Positions 16,445 to 27,242 are shown, counted from the first letter of the stretch. The stretch: 43,414 bases of DNA from Chloroflexota bacterium (GCA_043754535.1 JAYUUN010000051.1:1-43414), one strand, 5' to 3'. Notes: a model not told the origin generated them from the letters alone. Made by a program: numbers and translations.

Positions 16445-18710
16445 GGCAAACGCCAGATGGCGCAATCTAAGGGCCAGCAGCTTCGTGCTGCTCGGCTACC
16501 TGCTGCTAACCTTGCTGTTTACCTGGCCGCTAGCCCTACACTTTGGCGACCGTACGCCCGGCTTCATGCTAGAAGACCGTGACCAGAACCTCTGGAACCT
16601 CTGGTGGGTGAGCAAGTCGCTGACTGGCCTGCACAACCCCTATCAGTCTAGCTTCATCTACTGGCCCGATGGGGTGAGCCTTCTATTCCACACCCTGCAT
16701 CCCTTCAACGGCCTGCTAGCCGTTGTGCTGCTACCCCTCTTTGGCGTAATTGTCACCTACAACCTGATCGTCGTGATCTCCTTCGTGCTGACTGGCTACG
16801 CGGTCTATATGCTAGCGCACTACCTGTTGCAGATGATCAAGCAGACAGCCCAGCCCAGCAGCCCCACTCTACAAGTCATGGTCGCCTTCGTCGCGGGGGC
16901 GGCCTTCAGCTTTGCGCCCTTTCATCTGTCGCAGATGAGGGGGATCATGCAGTGGGTGAGCATGGAGTGGCTGCCCTTCTACCTCTACTTTCTGCTACGC
17001 GCGCTACCCCCCCTACCAGGCCCAGCTAGCTCTCCCCCCTCGCAGGGGAGGAACACTAGTGCGTTGCGCTATGGGCTGCTGGCGGCGATCTCGCTACTGT
17101 GTACTGCGCTGGTAGATTGGTACCAGGTGATGTACGCGCTGATCTTTACTGGACTTTACCTCCTCTACCTGCTGGCGTGCGGGCGAGGCTGGCTAGGCTG
17201 GTGGACGGTGCTGGGGCGGGCGGCTGCCGTGTTGCTGCCAGTGGGTGTGCTACTGCTGCCCATCCTTGTGCCGATGCTCCGCGAGTTGCAGACGGCCAGC
17301 TATATGCGGCCCGACCCCGACGAGGCGCGCCGCTACTCGGCTGACCTCCTCAGCTTCTTGCTGCCGATGCGCCAGCACCCCCTGCTTGGCGGCTTCAGCT
17401 TCGCGGTGCGCGACAAGTGGCCGCTCTATGCTGCAACCAACCAGTACGAGGTTTACCTCGGCTTCACTGTGCTGCTGCTAGCTGGGGCTGGGCTGTTCGT
17501 GCGGCGGGCGCGGCCCTTCAACTGGCTGCTGGGTGGTCTGGCGATCCTCTGCCTCAGCCTCGCGCTCGGCCCCGTCTTGCAGGTCAACGGCGTAAGCATT
17601 GTGGGCTTGCCGATGCCCTACAACCTGTTCAGCAAGCTACCCTTCGCCTCGATCAGCCGCAGCCCCGACCGCTTCAGCGTGCTGGTCAATCTCTCACTCA
17701 GCCTGCTACTCGCCCTCGGTCTGTGGTCGATAGTAGGGCTACTGGTCCTCAACCGCTTGCGCTTTGCTTACGGGGTATGTGGTCTGGCACTAATATTGCT
17801 GGTTGCGGAGTTCAGCCCAGCCCCCTACCCGCTGGCGGCGGCCCCAGTGCCACCCTGGTACAGCACCCTGGCGAAAGAGGCAGGCGACTTCGCTATCCTT
17901 GAGTTGCCCAAGCAGGATGGCTACTGGGGTGGCGGCCAGCGGATGCGCTTCCAGACCACGCACGGCAAGCGTATCTTCGGCGGCTATATTTCGCGGGAAT
18001 ACTATCATCCGTTCGTCTACCAAATGCCTGGCTTCGCGCAGCTTGAGGGGCAGCAGCCTGACGTTTATGGTGATGATCGGGAGCAGCAACTTGCCGCCCT
18101 CAATTACTATCTTGTGCGCTATGTCGTCCTCTACGCGCCGAGCGACCCAACCGAACCAAAGCAGGTGAAGGGCTACGACCCCACGCTCTACCTTGAACGG
18201 ATCGCTGGGTTGCGGGCGACTGCTGTCTACACTGACGGTTGGCTACAAGCCTGGCGCGTGCCAGAGGTGCCGCCCCAACCATTCGTTGGCCTGGGCGAGG
18301 GTTGGTACGCAGTGGAGGAGACCGCTGCTGGCCCCCAACGCTGGTTCAGCGACACCGCCAGCTTGCGGCTGGTCAATCCCAGCAGCGTGGCGATCAGTGC
18401 AACCCTCAGCTTCAGCATGACCGCCCTACAAGCACGGGAGTTGGTGGCGACGCTAGCCGGGGCAGAGGTGTACCGCCAGCAGTTGCCCGCTAGCCTGCTG
18501 CCTTACGCCATCCCCCTGCGCCTGCCACCAGGTGAGAGCGAACTACACCTCAGCAGCCCCAGTGGAGCCGCCGCGCCAGGGGCTGGCGACCCGCGCCCGC
18601 TTAGCTTCAGCCTGCTCAACCTGCGCGTGAAGGAGGATCGCTTATCCTTGCACCGTGCAGCACATTCGCCTCAACCCACTCTGGCACTAAGCTGCCGCTT
18701 CACCTCGTAG
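16437..18710 (+). CDS. Polytopic membrane protein, probable GT-C-fold glycosyltransferase-like, with extracellular C-terminal domain
   Basis: Many hydrophobic helices; DRDQNLWNLWW, YSADLLSF, GGYISR, GEGWYAVE. Confidence 0.7.
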   Translation: MAEANARWRNLRASSFVLLGYLLLTLLFTWPLALHFGDRTPGFMLEDRDQNLWNLWWVSKSLTGLHNPYQSSFIYWPDGVSLLFHTLHPFNGLLAVVLLPLFGVIVTYNLIVVISFVLTGYAVYMLAHYLLQMIKQTAQPSSPTLQVMVAFVAGAAFSFAPFHLSQMRGIMQWVSMEWLPFYLYFLLRALPPLPGPASSPPSQGRNTSALRYGLLAAISLLCTALVDWYQVMYALIFTGLYLLYLLACGRGWLGWWTVLGRAAAVLLPVGVLLLPILVPMLRELQTASYMRPDPDEARRYSADLLSFLLPMRQHPLLGGFSFAVRDKWPLYAATNQYEVYLGFTVLLLAGAGLFVRRARPFNWLLGGLAILCLSLALGPVLQVNGVSIVGLPMPYNLFSKLPFASISRSPDRFSVLVNLSLSLLLALGLWSIVGLLVLNRLRFAYGVCGLALILLVAEFSPAPYPLAAAPVPPWYSTLAKEAGDFAILELPKQDGYWGGGQRMRFQTTHGKRIFGGYISREYYHPFVYQMPGFAQLEGQQPDVYGDDREQQLAALNYYLVRYVVLYAPSDPTEPKQVKGYDPTLYLERIAGLRATAVYTDGWLQAWRVPEVPPQPFVGLGEGWYAVEETAAGPQRWFSDTASLRLVNPSSVAISATLSFSMTALQARELVATLAGAEVYRQQLPASLLPYAIPLRLPPGESELHLSSPSGAAAPGAGDPRPLSFSLLNLRVKEDRLSLHRAAHSPQPTLALSCRFTS

Positions 18711-19498
18711 AGCAGCACCCCAGCCGCGACCGAGAGGTTGAGCGAGTCGGCTGACCCCTGCATTGGGATACGGATCGCAGGGCCACGAGCCAGCAATGCG
18801 GGCGGCAAGCCCTGCCCCTCGCTGCCAAACAGTAGCAGGGCCGGTAGCTGGTACTGCACAGCCCAGTAGACCACCTCTGCCTGATCGGCAGTCGGGTAGA
18901 CGCTGACCGTGTGCTGCTGACACCAGCCGAGCAGTTCCGTCGTCGTTGCACTGACTACTGGCACGCTGAACAGCGTCCCCATGCTGGCCTTGACCGCAGT
19001 CGGGTGGTAGGGGTCGGTCGCTTCGCCAAGCAGGATCACGCCTGCGCCACCCACCGCATCTACCGTGCGGATGATCGTCCCCAGGTTGCCAGGGTTGCCC
19101 ACCTCATGCAGGGCGACAAACAGCGACCCCGGCCCAACTGCCAGATCGTCTATCGTCCGCTGGCTAGTGCGCACTATCGCCGCCAGCCCACTGGGGTTGT
19201 CGCGCTCAGCGATGCGCTCGAACACGCTGCGGCTAACCTGCGCCACACGTCCGCCCGCTTGCTGCTGCTGGGCCACCAACTGCTGCGCGGCTTCGCTGCT
19301 CAGCAGGTCGGGGGCGACAATCAGCGTCTCCAGCACAGCCCCATGTTCGACCGCCAGCCAGACTGGGCGGATGCCCTCGACGAAGAACGCCCCTTCCGTC
19401 CGCCGCTGCTTGCGTTGGGCCAAAGCCCGAACCCGCTTGACTAGCAGATTGGCTGGGCTGGTAATCGTAAGGTTAACCAGACTCTCATCTTGTGGCAC
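18671..19498 (-). CDS. TrmH/SpoU family RNA methyltransferase
   Basis: NPGNLGTIIRT, FGSEGQGL, IPMQGSADSLNLSVA; GTG after AGGAGG. Confidence 0.92.
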   Translation of the reverse strand: MPQDESLVNLTITSPANLLVKRVRALAQRKQRRTEGAFFVEGIRPVWLAVEHGAVLETLIVAPDLLSSEAAQQLVAQQQQAGGRVAQVSRSVFERIAERDNPSGLAAIVRTSQRTIDDLAVGPGSLFVALHEVGNPGNLGTIIRTVDAVGGAGVILLGEATDPYHPTAVKASMGTLFSVPVVSATTTELLGWCQQHTVSVYPTADQAEVVYWAVQYQLPALLLFGSEGQGLPPALLARGPAIRIPMQGSADSLNLSVAAGVLLYEVKRQLSARVG

Positions 19499-19579
19499 GG
19501 TTGTTGGTTGCCTCCTGTCTATGCCACAGATTATAATGCCCAGGATAGCCATTGGCAACTGCCCATAGGAGGGTTCAAA

Positions 19580-21160
19580 GTGAAAAGAATGATTGTTGGG
19601 CTGTTTACAGTTATCTCCGTCCTTACGCTGCTACCGCTGGCCGGGTTCGCAGCACCGAGTTCGCAGGCAAAGCAGCCACAGGGGGCGATCCGCCTGACGG
19701 GCGGTGAGCAGTGCTTCGCCGAAACCGGCCACTGCTTGCGGGGGGTCTTTCGCGGCTACTGGGCAGCAAATGGTGGGATCACCCGCTTTGGCCTGCCGAT
19801 TACCGACGAACTGACCGAGGGTGGGCTTACTGTCCTCTACACCGAGCGCGCCCGCTTTGAGTTCCACCCAGAGAATCGTGGCACAGACAACGTGGTGCTG
19901 CTAGGTCTGCTGGGCAAGGAGTTGACCGTAGGCCGCGAGAAGGAGAAGCCGTTCCAGCGCACACCCGCCCAGGGCAACATCGCCACCGTTTACTTCGATC
20001 AGACCGGCCACAATCTGGCCGCCATATTCGGCAGCTACTGGCAGGCCAACGGTGGGCTAGCTGTCTACGGCTACCCGATCAGCGAGGCTTTTGAGGAGAA
20101 AAGCGCGACCGACGGCAAAACCTACCTGGTGCAATACTTCGAGCGCAACCGCTTCGAGTATCACCCAGAGTTGCCCGCCGCGTACCAGGTCAGCCTGGGG
20201 CTGCTAGGCAAGCAGGCATACCAGAAGCTCTACGGCAACGCTCCTGCCCCCATCCCAGGCAAGGACTACGGCCCAGCCCCAATCTCGCTGGCAGCATTCC
20301 GCCAGGAGATGCGCTGGGGCAACAACCTGCGTACCCTCAGCGTGCTAGAACAGGGCGGCAGCTACACCAAGTACAGCATAGCTTACAGCAGCGGCGAACT
20401 GAACATCAGCGGGGTTATGTACGTGCCAGCCGCTCAGGGCGATGGCCCCTTCCCGGTGATCATCCTCGGCCACGGCTACATCCCAATCGCCGAATACTAC
20501 ACGGGTGAAGACAGCCGCCGCGAGGGGCCGTACTTGGCCCAGAACGGCTGCGTGGCGATCCACCCTGACTTCCGCAACTACGCCACCAGCGATGATGACC
20601 CCAACGCTGAGGTGAACATGACCGCCCCTGGCTGGACAGAGGACACCCTCAACCTGCTCGATGCGCTCAAACGCACAGCATTGCCTTACATTGACGCAAC
20701 CCGTGTCGGTTATTGGGGTCATAGCAACGGTGGGCAGGTGGGACTGCAACTGAGCGTAACCCAGAGCGAAATCAAGGCCTTTGTCCTCTTTGCCCCCACC
20801 AGCCCGAATTACGCCGACAACTTCAACCGCTGGCAGCGCGTCCGCGAGGGTAGTGCGAACGGTGGCCCCTCTTTGGTCAAGCGCAAGTACGGCTACCCAG
20901 AGGACAACCCCGCCTTCTACGCGGGCATCTCCTTCGCGCCGAACGCAGGGCGGGTGAGCGCGCCAATGATGATCAATCATGGGCAGAGCGATACCAACAC
21001 ACCCTACGCCTGGTCGGTAGAGAGCAACCGCCTGCTGGTGGCGGCAGGCAAGGATGTCACCTTCCTCTCCCCACGCAGCGAAAACCACCTGTTCAGCGAT
21101 AATTATTGGCCGACGGCAGCAAAGCAGATGCTAGCCTACTATGAGGCGCACGTGCGCTAG
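19580..21160 (+). CDS. Secreted S9-like alpha/beta hydrolase with Chloroflexota-type cell-surface repeats
   Basis: Signal peptide; two ETGH/QTGH..W..NGG..G.PI..ER.RFE repeats; GHSNGG nucleophile, HGQSD, ENH; GGAGG RBS. Confidence 0.8.
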   Translation: MKRMIVGLFTVISVLTLLPLAGFAAPSSQAKQPQGAIRLTGGEQCFAETGHCLRGVFRGYWAANGGITRFGLPITDELTEGGLTVLYTERARFEFHPENRGTDNVVLLGLLGKELTVGREKEKPFQRTPAQGNIATVYFDQTGHNLAAIFGSYWQANGGLAVYGYPISEAFEEKSATDGKTYLVQYFERNRFEYHPELPAAYQVSLGLLGKQAYQKLYGNAPAPIPGKDYGPAPISLAAFRQEMRWGNNLRTLSVLEQGGSYTKYSIAYSSGELNISGVMYVPAAQGDGPFPVIILGHGYIPIAEYYTGEDSRREGPYLAQNGCVAIHPDFRNYATSDDDPNAEVNMTAPGWTEDTLNLLDALKRTALPYIDATRVGYWGHSNGGQVGLQLSVTQSEIKAFVLFAPTSPNYADNFNRWQRVREGSANGGPSLVKRKYGYPEDNPAFYAGISFAPNAGRVSAPMMINHGQSDTNTPYAWSVESNRLLVAAGKDVTFLSPRSENHLFSDNYWPTAAKQMLAYYEAHVR

Positions 21161-21216
21161 CAAGTAGCAGAAGGTGCGCAGCCCAAGCGAGTCGCTTCAA
21201 CCGGCCTCCTCTCGTT

Positions 21217-22500
21217 GTGGTACAATCGTGGGAGAGACAAACATCGGAGCAAATCGCTATCCTTCGCAAGCTACGATCTACAATCTTCGACCCACGGGCT
21301 GCTGAGGTGTGGCGGGTGGCTTTGGCTGCCCGTCTCGGCCTGGCAGTGCTGGCAGTGCTAGCGGTGCTGGTTACGCCCTTCAACGAGCGACCAGGGCGGA
21401 TGGACGGCTACGACGGCGCGGCCCTGAGCGGCTGGGCAGATCGCCTATTCGGGGTCTGGACGCGCTGGGACGGCCAGTTCTACCTCAAGATCGCTGCCGT
21501 CGGCCACAACGCTGGCGACAACAGTTCGGCCTTCTATCCCCTCTACCCCGCCCTGATCAAGGCAGTCGGCACCATCCTGGCCCCGCTCGGCAACCTGCGC
21601 TACATCGTGGCGGCAGAGGCGATCTCGGCGGCGGCCTTCATTGCGGCTCTGCTGCTGCTGCATGCCGCCAGCCGCGACCTGGCGGGTGGAGCGGTAGCCG
21701 ACAAAACGATCCTCTACACCGCAGCCTTCCCCACTGCCTTCTTCTTCTGGGCGGCCTACAGCGAATCGCTTTTCCTGCTGCTGACGGTCGGCAGCCTCTA
21801 CGCGGCGCGTAAGGGTCGCTGGTGGCTGGCAGGCCTGGCAGCGGCGTTGGCGATCTTCACCCGCGTCACGGGGGTAGTGCTGCTCGCCGCCCTATTCGCC
21901 GAACTACTAGTCCAGTGGTGGCGTAGGCGGCAGGCTGCGTCCCACCCGCCGCTAGCAGCCCCGGTCAGTGGGCGTACAGTGCTGGTACGCGACCTCAAGG
22001 CGGTGCTGGCTCTGCTGCTCCCCCTCAGCGGCCTGTTCGCCCTGCTCGGCTACTACCAGTTGCGGGTAGGTGACCCCCTTGCCTTCGCCAACGTACAGAA
22101 GAACTGGTTGCGCCGTCCTGATGCGCCCTGGGATACGATCTGGCGGGGGATCGAGGTAGCGGTCAAGCAGCCATTCCGCTACGACGCAGCAGCACAGAGC
22201 TACCTCAATCTTGGCTGCACCCTCCTCTTTCTGCTGCTGGCAGTGGTCGGCTGGCGGTGGCTGCCTCTCAGCTATAGCGTCTACCTGGCAGGGGGCTTGG
22301 CCGCCAGCCTGCTCAATCCCGCCTCCGCCGAGCCGCTACTCTCGCTAGCCCGCTTCGTGATCGTCCTCTGGCCCGGCTTCATCCTGCTGGGCATGGTGGG
22401 GCAGCGGTCGCGCAGCTTCCACCTGGTCTGGGTGGTGACCAGCCTGCTACTGCTGGGCCTGCTGTTTAGCCGCTTCGCCAATTGGTGGTTTGTGGCCTGA
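21217..22500 (+). CDS. GT-C mannosyltransferase (PIG-V-like family); start uncertain
   Basis: RWDGQFYLKIA, AFYPLYP, AAYSESLFLLL, TRVTG; multiple TM helices. Confidence 0.85.
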   Translation: MVQSWERQTSEQIAILRKLRSTIFDPRAAEVWRVALAARLGLAVLAVLAVLVTPFNERPGRMDGYDGAALSGWADRLFGVWTRWDGQFYLKIAAVGHNAGDNSSAFYPLYPALIKAVGTILAPLGNLRYIVAAEAISAAAFIAALLLLHAASRDLAGGAVADKTILYTAAFPTAFFFWAAYSESLFLLLTVGSLYAARKGRWWLAGLAAALAIFTRVTGVVLLAALFAELLVQWWRRRQAASHPPLAAPVSGRTVLVRDLKAVLALLLPLSGLFALLGYYQLRVGDPLAFANVQKNWLRRPDAPWDTIWRGIEVAVKQPFRYDAAAQSYLNLGCTLLFLLLAVVGWRWLPLSYSVYLAGGLAASLLNPASAEPLLSLARFVIVLWPGFILLGMVGQRSRSFHLVWVVTSLLLLGLLFSRFANWWFVA

Positions 22501-22564
22501 ACCGCAATTATGCTTGCAACCTGCACTCTACCAAACAGCCCGCCAGCCGTGCTATAATAACTAC

Positions 22565-24055
22565 ATGAACGCTCTGCTCAAATATGTGCTAGCCAGCGTC
22601 GCTGTGTTGCTGGTCAGCCTGGCCCTGGTTGGCCTGCGCGCCTACGTCGGCCCCGACCTCTCGCCCAGTGCGCCGCTGCTGCTGCTGCTGGCCGTCTTCC
22701 TGCTGGCGATCCAGCTTGGTATCGGCCCAGCCCTGCTCGCCGCGCTGCTAGCTGGGCTGTGCTACGACTTCTTCTTCCTGCTACCCTACTACACCTTCAC
22801 CATTGCCCGCATTGAGGACGCGTCTGCCTTCGCCGTCTTCTTCATCGTCGCCGTGATCGCCAGCCGCCTGGCCGCACAGGTGGAGGGGAGGGCGCGGGAT
22901 GCCGAGGAGCGCGTGCGCGAAACGAGTGCGCTCAATCAACTGAGTCGGATGCTGCTGGAGCGAGCTGATCCCTTTGATGATGAGGCAGCACGACAGGTAG
23001 CCGTCATCCTGGTGGCCCAATCGGCCAGCCTCTACCTGACCGAAAGCAGCGGTGACTTGCGGCAGGTAGCTAGCTTCGGCCCTGCTACTCCCCTGGTCGG
23101 TCTGGATAGCGGCCAACGCGAGGTAAGCGTAGACGCAAGCGGTAGGGTGGCGGTCGTGCCATTGCTGGCGAGCGGCCTGCTAGGATCGCTGACTGTGCAA
23201 CGCGAGCGCGCCCAACCAGCCTTCAGCGGCAACGACCTGCGTCTAGTGACCACTGTTGCTGGCTTGCTGGCTGGTGGGCGGCTGCGTGAACAGCTAGCCT
23301 CCGAAGCGCAAGAGGCCGCCTTGCTACGCGAAGCCGACGCAGTGAAATCTTCATTGCTGGCGGCGGCTAGCCACGAACTCCGTACCCCACTGGCGGCAAT
23401 CAAGGGGTCGGCCAGCAGCCTGTTGGCCGGTGGCACCGCTATGAGCAAGGCTGATGAGCGCGAACTGCTGGAAGCGATAGACAGCGAGGCAGACCGCCTA
23501 AGCCGTCTGGTCAACAATCTGCTCGACCTTAGCCGCGTGGAGGCGGGGGCTTTGCACGTAGAGAGCGGCCTCTACTCCATCGCCGAGGTAGTCAACGCCG
23601 CCGCCACTGGGTTGGGCGAGCGTCTAGCAGCGCATCCCCTCACGCTCGACCTGCCCGCCGACCTGCCGCTGGTGCCGCTCGACTATGTGCTAATCCAGCA
23701 GGTGATCAGCAACCTGCTCGACAATGCTGCCCGCTATACCCCTGCTGGCACGCCGATTACCGTCGCAGCCCGGCTAGAGAGCGACGATCTGCTGGTCAGT
23801 GTGGAGGATGCAGGGCCGGGCCTGCCAGCAGAGGAACTCGCCCACATCTTTGACCGTTTCTACCGCGTGCAGAGCAGTAAAGGTGGCAGGCAAGGGATGG
23901 GGATCGGCCTGACCCTGGCGCGGGGCTTCGTTGAGGCGCATGATGGACGGATGTGGGCCAGCAACCGACCCGGTGGCGGCCTGCGCGTCTCCTTCAGCCT
24001 GCCGCTAGTCGGGGACCCTAGCCCCCCTGAGGGAGAGGCTGGTAAGGGGGCATGA
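22565..24055 (+). CDS. KdpD-like sensor histidine kinase lacking the N-terminal KdpD/USP domain
   Basis: 4-TM domain with YDFFFLLPYYTF, GAF-like linker, SHELRTPL H-box, NLLDNAARY, DAGPG, GMGIGL. Confidence 0.88.
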   Translation: MNALLKYVLASVAVLLVSLALVGLRAYVGPDLSPSAPLLLLLAVFLLAIQLGIGPALLAALLAGLCYDFFFLLPYYTFTIARIEDASAFAVFFIVAVIASRLAAQVEGRARDAEERVRETSALNQLSRMLLERADPFDDEAARQVAVILVAQSASLYLTESSGDLRQVASFGPATPLVGLDSGQREVSVDASGRVAVVPLLASGLLGSLTVQRERAQPAFSGNDLRLVTTVAGLLAGGRLREQLASEAQEAALLREADAVKSSLLAAASHELRTPLAAIKGSASSLLAGGTAMSKADERELLEAIDSEADRLSRLVNNLLDLSRVEAGALHVESGLYSIAEVVNAAATGLGERLAAHPLTLDLPADLPLVPLDYVLIQQVISNLLDNAARYTPAGTPITVAARLESDDLLVSVEDAGPGLPAEELAHIFDRFYRVQSSKGGRQGMGIGLTLARGFVEAHDGRMWASNRPGGGLRVSFSLPLVGDPSPPEGEAGKGA

Positions 24056-24753
24056 GCAGTCATCCTCTCCGCATCCTGGTGGTAGACGATGAAACCCAAA
24101 TCCTGAGGATGCTGCGGGTGACGCTGACTGGCAATGGCTACAAGGTGCTGACCGCCGCAACTGGCGAAGAAGCCCTGGACCTGCTAGCGGTGGAGCAGCC
24201 CGATCTCGTCTTGCTCGACCTGATGCTACCTGACATGAGCGGGGTTGCCGTCTGCAAGCAGGTACGCTCGTGGGGTAGCGGGGTGCCGATTATCATCCTC
24301 TCTGCCCTCGGTGAGGAGCGCGACAAGGTGGCCGCCCTGGATGCAGGGGCCGACGACTACCTGACCAAGCCATTCAGCAGCGGCGAACTGCTCGCCCGGA
24401 TGCGCGTCTGGCTGCGGCGGGTGGCCGCTAGCCCACAGGCCGCTACCCCCACCCGGATCGAGCGCGGCGATCTGGTAATCGACCTTGCCCGCCACCTCGT
24501 CGTCGCCGCTGGGGAGACGGTCGCCCTCACCCCAAAAGAGTACGACCTGCTTACCTACCTGGCGCAGCACGCAGGGCGGGTCGCCACCCACCGCACGGTG
24601 CTGGCCGCCGTCTGGGGCGCAGAGTATGCCGACCAGCCAAACTACCTGCACGTCTTCATCAGCCACCTGCGCCGCAAGATCGAGAGCAACCCCGGCAAGC
24701 CGCGCTACATCCTGACCGAGCCTGGTATTGGCTACCGCTTCGCCGAGGAGTAG
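24052..24753 (+). CDS. kdpE: KdpE-like OmpR-family response regulator
   Basis: VVDDE, LLDLMLPD, GADDYLTKPF, LRRKIE..P..ILTEPGIGYRF; ATGA overlap with the kinase. Confidence 0.85.
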   Translation: MSSHPLRILVVDDETQILRMLRVTLTGNGYKVLTAATGEEALDLLAVEQPDLVLLDLMLPDMSGVAVCKQVRSWGSGVPIIILSALGEERDKVAALDAGADDYLTKPFSSGELLARMRVWLRRVAASPQAATPTRIERGDLVIDLARHLVVAAGETVALTPKEYDLLTYLAQHAGRVATHRTVLAAVWGAEYADQPNYLHVFISHLRRKIESNPGKPRYILTEPGIGYRFAEE

Positions 24754-24905
24754 GCTGAGAGCATGGCTGCAAGACAAACCAGAGACTAGCTGCTGCTCAA
24801 ATGCAACAAATTACACAACCATAACGTATAATTAGAGCGATTGGCGCACACCCACTTCTGGTGGGTAACAAGTGTAAGCAGCTAAGATTCAGAGAGGAGC
24901 AAGTT

Positions 24906-27022
24906 TTGAAGCAGAGCAGAGTACGACAGGCAAGATTGTCCCTAGTGATGATGATCATTGCCATTCTGATCGCGCAGTTGCCAGTAGGTAGCAGCTCTGC
25001 CTAGAATAGGGGCAAAGTACCAGCGGACGGGAAAACAGCAGGCACTGGCTCCGCCCCGGTGATCCATTTGCAGTATGCCACCTTCGACCCGCGCAAGGGC
25101 GAGCCGACCGTCGCTGACGGCTTGCGCGCCGATCAGAACAATAGCCACTAACTGGTACAGTTTGACGGCCCGGTGCTGGAAAGCTGGAAGACAGCAGTAA
25201 CCAGTGCAGGCGGCACTATCTACGACTATATTCCTGATTTTGCCTTTATCGTCCGCCTTGACCAGGCAGCCCGCAGCCGTGTTGCCAGCCTGCCCTTCGT
25301 CCACTGGGTTGGCCCCCTCCAACCAGCCTACAAGATCAGCCCCGAACTGGCAAAGAGCCAAGATGTTGCGCTCAAGGTTGTAGTACAGACCTTCCCAGAT
25401 GAGGACTTGGCCGCTGTAGCCAGTAACCTGACTGACGCACAGACTAGCAGCAATCAGTTTGGCGGTCTGCTCCATGCTACCGTCGCCCAGGCGCAGATTG
25501 CCAACCTCGCCAAGCTGGATAGCGTCAGTTGGATTGAGCCTGAACGGGAGATGAAGCTGTACAACGACAAGGCTCGTGAGGTGATGAGGGTCAACCAGGC
25601 CTGGGCTGATCTCGGTCTCTACGGCTCCGGCCAGATCGTGGCCGTCGCCGACACGGGTCTGGATACTGGCAACAGTAGCACGCTCAGTGCCGACTTTGCG
25701 GGACGCATTGCTGCCACCTACGCGCTGGGCCGCAGCGGCAACTGGTCGGCACCGATGCTCATGGCACCCACGTTGCAGGCTCTGTGCTAGGCAATGGCAC
25801 CCTCAGCGGCAGCAATCCTGCCAGCCACAACTACACTACTAGCTACGCTGGGGTCGCTCCCGAAGCCCGCCTGGTTTTCCAGTCGCTGCTCGACAGCAAT
25901 GGTGGTCTCGGCGGTATCCCCAGCGACCTCAACACCCTCTTTCAGCAGGCATACAACGACGGCGCACGGGTCCCACCAATAGCTGGGGTTCGGATGCACA
26001 GGGTGCGTATACCAGCAAGTCGCAGCAGGTTGACCAGTTTACCTGGACGCACAAGGATATGACGATCCTGTTCGCGGCAGGCAACGCGGGCGTTGATGCC
26101 AACAGCGACGGCAAGATTGACAACGGCAGCGTTGGCAGCCCTGCCACTGCCAAGAACGATATCACGGTCGGGGCCAGCGAGAACGACCGCCCACCAACTG
26201 GCAGCAGTTGTCCTGGCGGCAACAACGGCTACGCCAACTTTGCGCTGATCAATCCAACCACGCCAACCTTCAGTGATGTGCCAATCGGTAGCACCTTCTA
26301 CGCCGACATTGAGACGCTGGCAGCCCGCACCATCCTCAGTGGGGCTACTTGCAGTGGCGGCAGCGGCCTGTGCTTCCGACCTAACGACAACGTGCGCCGT
26401 GGTGAACTCTCGAAGGTAGTAAGAAGGGCGATGGAGGCAAGTGGCACCCCCATACCAGGCAGCACCCCCACCGCCACTACAGCCCCAGGGCAGCCGACCA
26501 GCACGCCAATCCCACAACCGACCAGCACGCCAATCCCACAACCGACCAACACCCCCGGCTAGCGGCGAACTGATCCAGAATGGCGACTTCGAGAGCGGTA
26601 CGCAGCCCTGGCAGCAACTTGGTCAAGGCGGCAGTCAATTGATCGTTACCGAGTTCCCTCATGCTGGCAGCTATGGTGCCTGGCTGGGTGGCTACGCCTC
26701 CTTCAGCGAAGACCGACTCTGGCAGACAATCACCATCCCCAGCAATGCCACTGGCCCTACCCTACGTTTCTACCTCTATATCGCCTCTGACGAGACCCTA
26801 CCAGGCGCATGGGACAACCTCTACGTCAAGGTACGAACGGCCAGCGGGATCGACTTGGAGACGCTAGGCACCCTCACCAACGATAATCAGCGCGGTCAGT
26901 GGTTGCAGTATAGTGCTAACCTCAGTGCCTATCGTGGGCAGACTGTACAGATTTTCTTCCGCGCTACCACCGACAACAGCAACCAGACCAGCTTCTTCAT
27001 TGACGACGTAAGCGTACGCTAA
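24906..27022 (+). pseudogene. Secreted S8 subtilisin-like protease with SLH domain, P/T linker and C-terminal beta-sandwich; inactivated
   Basis: TTG start after GAGGAG, signal peptide; in-frame stops TAG 25002 and TAA 25149; VADTG, HGTHVAG and AAGN motifs lie in different frames (shifts near 25750, 25970, 26560); catalytic Ser motif GTSM not found. Confidence 0.85.
26494..26548 (+). repeat. 24-bp tandem repeat (about 2.3 copies) encoding a PTSTPIPQ linker
   Basis: CCGACCAGCACGCCAATCCCACAA at 26494 and 26518, plus a partial third copy. Confidence 0.85.
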
Positions 27023-27046
27023 CCAGCTACAAGCAGGCAAAGCAGA

Positions 27047-27093
27047 ACCCCCTCAAGCGGTGCGGCCCGACCGGGCAGCGCAGCTGAGGGGGT
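27047..27093. terminator. GC-rich hairpin between convergent genes, possible terminator
   Basis: ACCCCCTCA...TGAGGGGGT outer stem with inner GCCCG/CGGGC pairing; only weak U tracts. Confidence 0.5.
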
Positions 27094-27242
27094 CTTCGCT
27101 ATGTTGTTCACCGCTAGGGAGCCAACGACCCCAGCACTTCGGCACCTCTGTGTACTCCGCAGGACTGCACCCAGCGGCAGGGCGGCCCAGGCTCTTGCCA
27201 CCAGGTGCTCTTTGTAGGCGTGGCCGCAGGCCCAACTGGGGA

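Noticed and set aside
24906..25200. In-frame stops in the S8 gene as recoding (selenocysteine), given selA nearby
   Set aside because: The stops are TAG and TAA, not TGA, and come with frameshifts and a deletion
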